64,000 bases of DNA from a virus (Duplodnaviria > Heunggongvirae > Uroviricota > Caudoviricetes): positions 32,001 to 96,000 of IMG/VR virus record IMGVR_UViG_3300028886_000031. One strand, 5' to 3'. Made by a program: the position numbers and the translations under genes. The notes below the pieces were generated by a model, which worked only from the letters and a program-made list of their open reading frames with translations, did not search any database and was not told the origin of the DNA. Position 1 is the stretch's first letter, and each line of letters begins with the position of its first letter. Below, in pieces: positions 40,513 through 48,365 of the stretch.

Positions 40513-40571
40513 TTCTCTGGACATTCATATTACTTGTTATTTTTATAACTGGTGGTTGTGTGTCCAGAGAA
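40513..40571 (+). promoter_or_regulatory. Long imperfect hairpin in the leader of the peptidase operon
   Basis: Outer stem TTCTCTGGACA/TGTCCAGAGAA, inner GTTAT/ATAAC, plus G-U-rich pairing. Confidence 0.5.
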
Positions 40572-40593
40572 AAGTACATTCCTTGGTGGGCTA

Positions 40594-41259
40594 ATGAAGT
40601 TCGAAATTGATAATGATGTAGATGTTTCTTTTTCTGGAAGACATTCTAGGGGAACAACTCCAGTCGAATATAGACATCCAAACATTATTGATTTAAGAGA
40701 TTTTTGTTTGCCAACGGATAATCAAGGGAATACACCACATTGTGTTGGCTATACTGTTGGTGGTTTTTTGGAGGTACATAATTGGAAGAACACACATATA
40801 CCTAGACAAATAAATGCAGAGAAATTATATGATTTAGGTAGAAAATATAAAGCTGATACAAGAACTGGAACTCGATTGGAATATGTTTTATCCCAATTGA
40901 AGACAGATGGGTTCATAAAAGGAACTCCAAAAAAGATAGAGACAAAAGATATAAAATATTTTATTCACCAGTATGGTGTTGTGATGTGTGCATTTTACAT
41001 TACAAATGAATGGTATTCGTTAGATAGAAAATATAGAATTAAAGAAAAGAAAACTCCTAAAACTCTCGGTGGTCATTGTGTTTTAGGATGTGGATATTGT
41101 GAGGATGGTTTGTATATACAGAATTCATGGGGGTATAAGAAGTGGGGTAATTATGGTTTTGCCATTGTACCTTGGAATTTGGTATATAAACAATTATCAT
41201 ATTCCATGTGTGTCGATGGAATTGAACTATCCAATATCACGGAGTTTTTTAATGCTTAA
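40594..41259 (+). CDS. Papain-like cysteine peptidase (C1 family)
   Basis: NQGNTPHCVGY (Q and catalytic C), GGHCVLGCGY (H), IQNSWG..WG..G (N). Confidence 0.88.
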   Translation: MKFEIDNDVDVSFSGRHSRGTTPVEYRHPNIIDLRDFCLPTDNQGNTPHCVGYTVGGFLEVHNWKNTHIPRQINAEKLYDLGRKYKADTRTGTRLEYVLSQLKTDGFIKGTPKKIETKDIKYFIHQYGVVMCAFYITNEWYSLDRKYRIKEKKTPKTLGGHCVLGCGYCEDGLYIQNSWGYKKWGNYGFAIVPWNLVYKQLSYSMCVDGIELSNITEFFNA

Positions 41260-42184
41260 AGCTGATCCTAAAGTTCTAGAGAAAATAAAGAAACTATTAG
41301 ATCACCATGCTGGAAGTTTAAAAATAAATTCAGAACATGAAGCATTCTGTGCTTTGGAACTTGCTAAATCCATGATGAAGAAATATCATCTGGATATGAT
41401 GCAAGTGAAAGAGTCATTTGAGGAATCTGATATAACACATAGACCAGTTGATAAATGTTCTGTTTACAAGATTCCAATATGGATGTGTAATCTGATCAAT
41501 ACTGTGAATAATATTTGTAATTGCAGTTGCATATTGGAGAAGGTGCCACAAAGTAGTGGTTACATTCACATAAGCATTGTTTTTGTGTGTCTGGCTGCTG
41601 ATTTAGATAAAGTAACACATTTCTATAATTTCCTTAAGAAAACGGCGTATAAATTAGCGAATAAACACGTTAAAGAGATACATGGAAATTATACGAATTG
41701 GAGATCTTTTTGCGAAGGATTTACTTCTAGACTTTTAGAAAGGTCAAGAGTTTTCAACATAGATATTAGTGAAAATACATGGAAAGAAAGTTCGGACGAA
41801 ACAAGAGATGCTGAGGAATTCAGCGCTGATGATTTCGAAGAGTCCGAAGAGGAAGTAGATGATGATTTTGAAGAATTTGAGAGTGAAGATGATGTATCTG
41901 TGGATGAAGTTCCAGAAAAGAAGAGTGAAATAGATACAGAAATTGCTAAGTATGAACAAAACACAGATATACAATTATACGAATATTTAAGAAACGTTAA
42001 GAAGAAAATAGATTCTTATATCAAAAAGAACATGAATAACATACGATATGAGAATGTAAATAGAAAGTCTAATGTACTTAAGACTTCATATATGATTGGT
42101 AGAGAACAAGCTGAAAACACTAACTTGAAGTTCATTGATAAATCACATCAACTGACTTCGAAAACAAAGGAACAAAAACAATGA
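41252..42184 (+). CDS. DUF2786-like protein with acidic tract
   Basis: LEKIKKLL...SEHEA..AL..A..MMKKY N-terminus and RSFCEGF; GGAG RBS. Confidence 0.7.
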   Translation: MLKADPKVLEKIKKLLDHHAGSLKINSEHEAFCALELAKSMMKKYHLDMMQVKESFEESDITHRPVDKCSVYKIPIWMCNLINTVNNICNCSCILEKVPQSSGYIHISIVFVCLAADLDKVTHFYNFLKKTAYKLANKHVKEIHGNYTNWRSFCEGFTSRLLERSRVFNIDISENTWKESSDETRDAEEFSADDFEESEEEVDDDFEEFESEDDVSVDEVPEKKSEIDTEIAKYEQNTDIQLYEYLRNVKKKIDSYIKKNMNNIRYENVNRKSNVLKTSYMIGREQAENTNLKFIDKSHQLTSKTKEQKQ

Positions 42185-42780
42185 ATACTGATGTCTGCTC
42201 AAAAATATTGCGTGTTGCTACATATGCTATGTCTGCAACGGCACTTGCCCAGAAGCTTGGTAAATCTAAGGGTTATATGATTGCTGATGAGATCCGTCAC
42301 CTTGTTGACAATGGTCAGCTGGTTGAGAATACGTCTGGCGCGTATCCTACTTACAAGGTTGCTGAGCAGCCTGTGAGCACCCGCGCTTGTCAGACGACTG
42401 CTCGTGATACGACTGTTGTTGCTGACACCGTAACTACGCCGGCTGCCAATAAGCTTCCGGAAGGATATGTTGTCTCGAAGGCTGGTAAGCGCAAGTCGGA
42501 TAACAAGGTTGGCCGTAAGGTCACTCTTCCGAATGGCACCAGCTATTTTGTTGAGAATGGTGATACTCTTGTAAATATCAACGATGGTGATTACGTGAAG
42601 ATTATCACCTCGAAGAATGGAGCTGTCCCTGAGGCTCAGATTTCTACTCTCATTGAGCAGTATACTCACGAGCGTTCTATGACCGCTTACACCATTAAGC
42701 ACAAGTTTGGATCCATCGGCCGTGATCAGGCTGTTGGTGTTCTTGACTATAAGATCACTAAGTGCAACAAGGCTGCATGA
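42181..42780 (+). CDS. Winged-helix protein with candidate C-terminal ubiquitin-like (beta-grasp) domain
   Basis: N-terminal SATALAQKLG...IRHLVDNGQL wHTH; C-terminal beta-beta-alpha-beta-beta pattern ending KCNKAA; upstream of E2/E1/JAB genes. Confidence 0.5.
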   Translation: MNTDVCSKILRVATYAMSATALAQKLGKSKGYMIADEIRHLVDNGQLVENTSGAYPTYKVAEQPVSTRACQTTARDTTVVADTVTTPAANKLPEGYVVSKAGKRKSDNKVGRKVTLPNGTSYFVENGDTLVNINDGDYVKIITSKNGAVPEAQISTLIEQYTHERSMTAYTIKHKFGSIGRDQAVGVLDYKITKCNKAA

Positions 42781-42803
42781 TTTAATAGCTAGCAGCTAAA
42801 CTG

Positions 42804-42840
42804 ATTGCCGGACCTACGTATTAAACGTGGGTCCGGCAAT
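42804..42840 (+). terminator. 16-bp stem-loop between the Ubl-like and E2-like genes
   Basis: ATTGCCGGACCTACGT-attaa-ACGTGGGTCCGGCAAT (one G-U pair), weak T tract. Confidence 0.7.
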
Positions 42841-42856
42841 TTACTCGGAGAAACAA

Positions 42857-44581
42857 ATGTCAGAAGAAACACCTCAAACAAATAGTCAAGTAATAACTGA
42901 TGTAAAAACTGCACTTGTTAATGTTCTGAGAAATGATGCTTCGTTATGTAATTACGAAAGATTTACGGATTATGGAAAAATAGAAAGGGATAGTTATAAT
43001 GATAAGTATATGTGGACTACAATACAATGTGATTTGAATCATGATAATACAGCTAACAATTCTCAGATTATTAGAATTGTTAATAAAATGGATACGAAGT
43101 TTTTCACTATGCTATTTGGATATAACGGAAGCCCGTCTTCTATAGGTCTAGATAATGGCGTAGCTATTTTATATAGTAATATGTTAATAAATATGCCTTC
43201 TACGTCACGTGATAGACGTCAAACGAGAGTCGATGATTGTCTAAAGAGTTTAATTAGTAGAATGGTAAATTTGGATTGTACATTTAAAATCAAAGGAACG
43301 TGTTTAACAGCCCTTGATTTTATAGGTAAGAATCCAAATCATACCTCTACTGAAGCTGAATTCACATTTAATCTATATGAATATGTAAAAAAGTTTATTT
43401 TTATTGGAGATAAATGTTATCTACTTGCTGTAATGGATAAATATCATTATATATATGTTAGCCAGAAAACGCTGGAAATTATTTATAAGTTGGATACAAC
43501 TGCTGATAAATCACAATTTAGAGATGCTGTTTTGAAACTGTATGGATATGCTAGTTCTAATTGTTTGTTGATGTTAAATGTCCCAATGGCACAATATATC
43601 ACGAATGATATAACAAATCTCGTTATAAATGATACATTAAAAGATAATGTGTTTGCTGAATTAGATAAAAATGGCTCAAGTGATTTCAGTGAACTTTTTG
43701 AGTATAAATTTAACAATGATGCTGTGACGGATGATTATATCAAGAGTAATATTAAACAAATAATTTATACTTATGTAGATAATTATGTCAAGACATATTA
43801 TTGTTTAAAGGATTTTAGCTTTGTAAGCTTAATAGACAATATAAAGTATAAGATGAAAGGTCTTTATGCTAGCAAGATCAACGAAGCCTTTCGTAACGGA
43901 CTTGTAATATCTAGGGTTTGTCAACGGTGCGGGTGGAATATTTATGACAATAAGACATACCGTGATGTGAGACCGAGTACGATGAACTATAATAACCAGT
44001 ATATATGGAAAGATGTAAATATTATCCCAGATACATGCGTTCTCTATGATACTGATGCTAGAGATTTTGGAATAGATAAGTATAGAAAACTTAATGAAGC
44101 TGGAATTCATAAACTCAGAACCGAATATGGGATTTGTGTTAAAAGATTGTTTATATGTTTAAATGAAGGCACTATGCTATGTATTGGAAAGCATCCTAAT
44201 GTCTCTTCGTCCGGTCAAGTCTGTATGGGAGATATAAAAGGAACAATTGTTTTCCAGGATGTATCAGATGATGTAATAATATCTAACTTAGCAACATGTG
44301 AAAAATTACTGACATGTATTCATTATGCTAGTTCATATACAAGTAGTGGTCAGAATGTATTTACAAATCCAGATTACAGTTTGGACTATAAGAATTTTGT
44401 AAATGGATTTGATTCTGATAAATCGGCAAGAGAAGCTGCAAAGAAAGATGAAAATTTAATAAAGAACGCTGTGCAGTTGGAAGATGACTTTGAAGAAGAA
44501 TCCATGGATTCTTCAGATAATTCTTCGACCGAGCAACAAGGTTCTGGAATAATAGAATCTGATGACTTTGAGGAGATATAA
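42857..44581 (+). CDS. Large protein with C-terminal prokaryotic E2 (UBC-like) domain
   Basis: GGAG RBS; KHPNVSSSGQVCMGD at about 44190-44233 matches the E2 HPN-x7-C active-site motif; acidic tail. Confidence 0.65.
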   Translation: MSEETPQTNSQVITDVKTALVNVLRNDASLCNYERFTDYGKIERDSYNDKYMWTTIQCDLNHDNTANNSQIIRIVNKMDTKFFTMLFGYNGSPSSIGLDNGVAILYSNMLINMPSTSRDRRQTRVDDCLKSLISRMVNLDCTFKIKGTCLTALDFIGKNPNHTSTEAEFTFNLYEYVKKFIFIGDKCYLLAVMDKYHYIYVSQKTLEIIYKLDTTADKSQFRDAVLKLYGYASSNCLLMLNVPMAQYITNDITNLVINDTLKDNVFAELDKNGSSDFSELFEYKFNNDAVTDDYIKSNIKQIIYTYVDNYVKTYYCLKDFSFVSLIDNIKYKMKGLYASKINEAFRNGLVISRVCQRCGWNIYDNKTYRDVRPSTMNYNNQYIWKDVNIIPDTCVLYDTDARDFGIDKYRKLNEAGIHKLRTEYGICVKRLFICLNEGTMLCIGKHPNVSSSGQVCMGDIKGTIVFQDVSDDVIISNLATCEKLLTCIHYASSYTSSGQNVFTNPDYSLDYKNFVNGFDSDKSAREAAKKDENLIKNAVQLEDDFEEESMDSSDNSSTEQQGSGIIESDDFEEI

Positions 44582-44582
44582 A

Positions 44583-44885
44583 ATGAGATATTCAGAGAGG
44601 TGTGTCTCAATAAGACCACATAAAAATTCACAACGGTATTGTCAGGATTTTGAAGTGATAAAATATGATCCAGACGATGATATTGGAAATATAACATATC
44701 AAACGGACACACAGCCAATATTATCGAATGAATTCTGTAAAATTTCGATTGATTGGGATGATAGAAAAATCTATTTAAAATGTATTGATAATAAAGGAAA
44801 TATCTTAATTAAAAAGACTTTAAAAAATAAAGTAGCAACTCCGGCAGTATTGCAACCACAGGAACCTGAAAGTGAGGAATCTTAA
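44583..44885 (+). CDS. Hypothetical protein within the E2-E1 cluster
   Basis: GAGGAG RBS; beta-rich sequence. Confidence 0.55.
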   Translation: MRYSERCVSIRPHKNSQRYCQDFEVIKYDPDDDIGNITYQTDTQPILSNEFCKISIDWDDRKIYLKCIDNKGNILIKKTLKNKVATPAVLQPQEPESEES

Positions 44886-44887
44886 GA

Positions 44888-45751
44888 ATGTCTAGCGCTG
44901 ATCTCTATAATAGACAAGAAAAATTGCAGCTTATTAATTATGATAATGCTGTTGTAATAGGATGTGGCGGAATAGGAAATTGGGTAGCTTTAGATTTAGC
45001 ATTGTCTGGAATGGTAGGTAGTCTTTATTTGATTGACCCAGATACAATTGAAGAGTCAAATCTAAATAGAACTTTATTTGATTACACGGATATAGGATGT
45101 TATAAAGTAGATTGTGTAACTGATCAAATAATAAGAAGAAGACCAAATCAAATAATAAACAAAATGAAATGTTTTATGAATGATAGTTTAGCGGAGAAAT
45201 TTATAGAGAAACTGTTTAATGGTGATAATTCTTATTATCATACAGATACTGTTTTTGTAGATTGTCGTGATGATATATACACTGATTGTTATCAGTTAAA
45301 TTGCAAACTGTATAAAGTTGGATATGATGGAACGGAGATAACAATAGACGGCAATCCAAGATTAACGGAAGTTCATGGTCAGCGTGGTGGATCATATTCT
45401 GTTACTCCATCTTATGTCGGATCCGCTCAGCTTGCAGCAATTCTTGTTGTAAATGATTTGTTATATCCAAAACATACAGATATGTATAGGCGTGATGGTT
45501 CTAATATGCCAACTAGACATGCTATATACAAATGGGCAAAGAAAGAGGATTTTCCATATATCAATCAGAGACCTTGTTTTGAATTTGATGAAATTGGAAG
45601 GTTAAATGATACAATCAATATCAATGTTTCAGATATTCTTCAGAAATTTATGGAAAATAATCACCAGTATGTTATTCCCAATGAAACTTGGGACAATCTT
45701 CCAAACAAAGTCACAGAGGAGTCTGAAAACAATGGAACAGAACAACAATGA
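44888..45751 (+). CDS. ThiF/MoeB/E1-like adenylyltransferase
   Basis: YNRQ, VVIGCGGIG, LIDPDTIEESNLNR, G.YKV, VDCRD. Confidence 0.9.
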   Translation: MSSADLYNRQEKLQLINYDNAVVIGCGGIGNWVALDLALSGMVGSLYLIDPDTIEESNLNRTLFDYTDIGCYKVDCVTDQIIRRRPNQIINKMKCFMNDSLAEKFIEKLFNGDNSYYHTDTVFVDCRDDIYTDCYQLNCKLYKVGYDGTEITIDGNPRLTEVHGQRGGSYSVTPSYVGSAQLAAILVVNDLLYPKHTDMYRRDGSNMPTRHAIYKWAKKEDFPYINQRPCFEFDEIGRLNDTININVSDILQKFMENNHQYVIPNETWDNLPNKVTEESENNGTEQQ

Positions 45752-46619
45752 GATAGATAATATTTGTCCGAAGATAACTGGGTTTTCTGAATCTACTTCA
45801 GAATCCGAGGAATTGGAAATGTTTGACGATGAAGATCTTATGGAAGCAGAATCTGTAAATGTGACCAGTGATAAAAAATTTGATCCTAAGTCTATTGAAG
45901 TTGGTGAATATATAAACAAGGATATAGTTCCGGTTAAAAGGATTAAATGTATTATTCCATCTAAACTTTTAGATAGTATTAGGGAGATCGAAATAGGTGT
46001 CAATAAGAAATTTGGATCATCTAATGAATTCTCTATATTCATTCATGGTGATTATGATCCGAATGGATATTTGGTTGTTAGTGAGGATTTTTATATTCCA
46101 AAGCAAGTTGTATCTGGTGCATCTGTTCAATATAATGAAGAACCAGAACCACATTATAATGGATGTTTGCATAAGCATCCAGATGGATGTACAAGTTTTA
46201 GTGGAACGGATGAAAAATATATTAATAGCAATTTTGATTTTTCATTGCTATATGTTCAGCAAAAAATATCTAAAGGAATTATTAATATTCATTATGATGG
46301 CATACATAGAATACAATGTGATCTGAATATTCAAATGGATAACGAAAAATGTGTATGCGGAATTAACATTGATAATATAACAAAAAATGTTCCGAAGACT
46401 TATCAATTAAACAGACCTTATAATCCATTGGATGTTCCTACTCTTCCAGGAATGTATTTTCCTGGATTTAATGAAAAAACTGGAAAAGAAACAAAGGAGA
46501 TAATAATGCCGCATGTATATCCAAATGCACTAAATTTAGATGATGAATCAGAACCGGAAACGGATTCTATGGAATTCTTTTCCGATCCGGAATTATATCC
46601 TAACTTGCTAGGTGATTAA
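45732..46619 (+). CDS. JAB/MPN-domain metalloprotease
   Basis: NEF (catalytic E) ... IPKQ.V ... LHKHPDG...FSGTD (HxH-x7-S-x2-D); GAGGAG RBS. Confidence 0.85.
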   Translation: MEQNNNEIDNICPKITGFSESTSESEELEMFDDEDLMEAESVNVTSDKKFDPKSIEVGEYINKDIVPVKRIKCIIPSKLLDSIREIEIGVNKKFGSSNEFSIFIHGDYDPNGYLVVSEDFYIPKQVVSGASVQYNEEPEPHYNGCLHKHPDGCTSFSGTDEKYINSNFDFSLLYVQQKISKGIINIHYDGIHRIQCDLNIQMDNEKCVCGINIDNITKNVPKTYQLNRPYNPLDVPTLPGMYFPGFNEKTGKETKEIIMPHVYPNALNLDDESEPETDSMEFFSDPELYPNLLGD

Positions 46620-47683
46620 TGAAAATAATTTGTATTGGTGATATTCATGCTAGCGGGTTCGGGGATGACCCGCTAGTAGATAACCTCCCAGAAAGATTAT
46701 ATTATATAAAGAAATCCCTTGAATATATAATGGATTATGGCAGAAAAAACGGAATAGAACATTATGTAATTCTTGGTGATGTTTACCATGATAAAACAAT
46801 TATATATAATACAAGTCAGGCAATGTTGCTTGATTTCTTTAAGCAGTATGAAGATAGAACATTTTATATAATAAGTGGAAACCACGATTTATCATCTACT
46901 GGTGAAAACCAAAAGTCTGCAATACTGGCTCTTGGTGAATTGAATAATGTTCAGTGCTTTACAAAACCAGTAATTATAAATAAAAGTCAATTTGTTAAAG
47001 TAGATACTCCATTGTTCTTTGTACCATATTCAGGAAACTTTCTAGATAGTATAAAGAACTTTAAGAACATAGAACCTGATACAATATTGTTTTCACACAT
47101 AGGTTTAAATGAGGCTGTTCTACAATCTGGTTTGAGTAGAGTTGACAAACTTAAATTATCTGATCTAAAACAGTTTAAATTAGCAATATTGGGTCATTAT
47201 CATAAACCTCAAGATTTTGGTAATGATCAGACTCATGTATGGTATGCTGGATCTCTTATTCCAAGAGACTGGAATGATAAAAATGAAAAGAAAAGGTTTC
47301 TAGTTCTAGATACAATTACTAAAGAAGTTCAAAGTGTAGATTTAGATTGTGGTGTTCCACAGTATATTGAGATTGTAATTCCTCCTAAGAGTACTCCTGA
47401 ATTCATTACATCTGAAATGAATAGAGCTAAAATTATAAAGAAACAAGGAAATAAAGTTCGAGTTATTAATAAAAACAATCCGAAAATCAAAGAAGATGAT
47501 ATATCCGATATGATTGTATTGGAACAGCAGGAAATAGATGTTACAAATCGTGGAATCACGGTTGAGCAATCTAAACTGGATCAATGCAAGAAATACATGG
47601 AAATTAAAAACATTCCGGAAGATGAACGTGAGGCATATTTAAAAGTGCTAAATGATTCTAAACTCTTGGAGGTGACAGAATGA
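46619..47683 (+). CDS. sbcD: SbcD/Mre11-like (T4 gp47-like) nuclease
   Basis: GDIH, LGDVYH, SGNHD, FSH, LGHYH, YAGS. Confidence 0.88.
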   Translation: MKIICIGDIHASGFGDDPLVDNLPERLYYIKKSLEYIMDYGRKNGIEHYVILGDVYHDKTIIYNTSQAMLLDFFKQYEDRTFYIISGNHDLSSTGENQKSAILALGELNNVQCFTKPVIINKSQFVKVDTPLFFVPYSGNFLDSIKNFKNIEPDTILFSHIGLNEAVLQSGLSRVDKLKLSDLKQFKLAILGHYHKPQDFGNDQTHVWYAGSLIPRDWNDKNEKKRFLVLDTITKEVQSVDLDCGVPQYIEIVIPPKSTPEFITSEMNRAKIIKKQGNKVRVINKNNPKIKEDDISDMIVLEQQEIDVTNRGITVEQSKLDQCKKYMEIKNIPEDEREAYLKVLNDSKLLEVTE

Positions 47684-48003
47684 GTGACATATACACAAAT
47701 TCCAAAAATCTTCGTAATGTTCCAATACCATATGAATTTCCAAATATGGCTGATTTATGTATGAATAACGGACATCCTTACGATGGATACGTAGATTTCA
47801 TGGTAATAACGGATTCTGATTTTGAAAGGGATATGTTGTTGCAAGATAAATTGATAAATGCCGAAACATTAATACATAGTAGAATTAGAGCTGAATATCC
47901 AAATAGAAGATATAATTTAAAATTAAGTGTTGGTTGTACGATAGGTCATGTTTATTATAGATTATATTATCTGCTTGATTTCTTAGACAATAATCGCTGG
48001 TAA
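47680..48003 (+). CDS. Hypothetical protein
   Basis: GGAGG RBS; ATGA overlap. Confidence 0.55.
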   Translation: MSDIYTNSKNLRNVPIPYEFPNMADLCMNNGHPYDGYVDFMVITDSDFERDMLLQDKLINAETLIHSRIRAEYPNRRYNLKLSVGCTIGHVYYRLYYLLDFLDNNRW

Positions 48004-48017
48004 GAGAAAGGATCAAA

Positions 48018-48350
48018 ATGATAAGGAACGATTTCGTATCAAATAGTTCTTCGTCCAGTTTTGTTGTTGGATTTGTAACTAAAAAAGATTTTGTCGATTT
48101 CAAAAATAAAATATTAGATGAATGGGGTCGAGATAATAAGTTCGGAAAATTATTAGAACAATATTTTGAAAATAATATTCAAGATAAAGATGATTATGAT
48201 GAAGAAAGAGTCGATAAATACGAAGTATTACTTAGAGGATTATACCAATCTACAGAAGATGATTTTGAAACATTGGCACCAGGACTTTTAGTATACGAGC
48301 ATATTTCGTATGGTGATGAAAATGAAGGAATTCAGCTTCTTTATGATTAA
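48018..48350 (+). CDS. Phage protein with N-terminal IRxDFVSNSSSSSF motif
   Basis: MIRNDFVSNSSSSSFVV N-terminus; AAAGGA RBS. Confidence 0.7.
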   Translation: MIRNDFVSNSSSSSFVVGFVTKKDFVDFKNKILDEWGRDNKFGKLLEQYFENNIQDKDDYDEERVDKYEVLLRGLYQSTEDDFETLAPGLLVYEHISYGDENEGIQLLYD

Positions 48351-48365
48351 AAAGAAAGGATTCGT

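Noticed and set aside
42199-42702. 167-aa antisense ORF over the wHTH-Ubl gene
   Set aside because: Explained by the biased codon usage of the sense gene; no RBS or recognisable motif
42827-42856. GTG start given in the ORF track for the E2-like gene
   Set aside because: It lies inside the hairpin; ATG at 42857 has a GGAG RBS at proper spacing
44888-45751. ThiF as a thiamine/molybdopterin biosynthesis or tRNA-modifying enzyme
   Set aside because: No thiS/thiG/moaD/moaE nearby; its neighbours are E2-like and JAB genes. Not formally excluded
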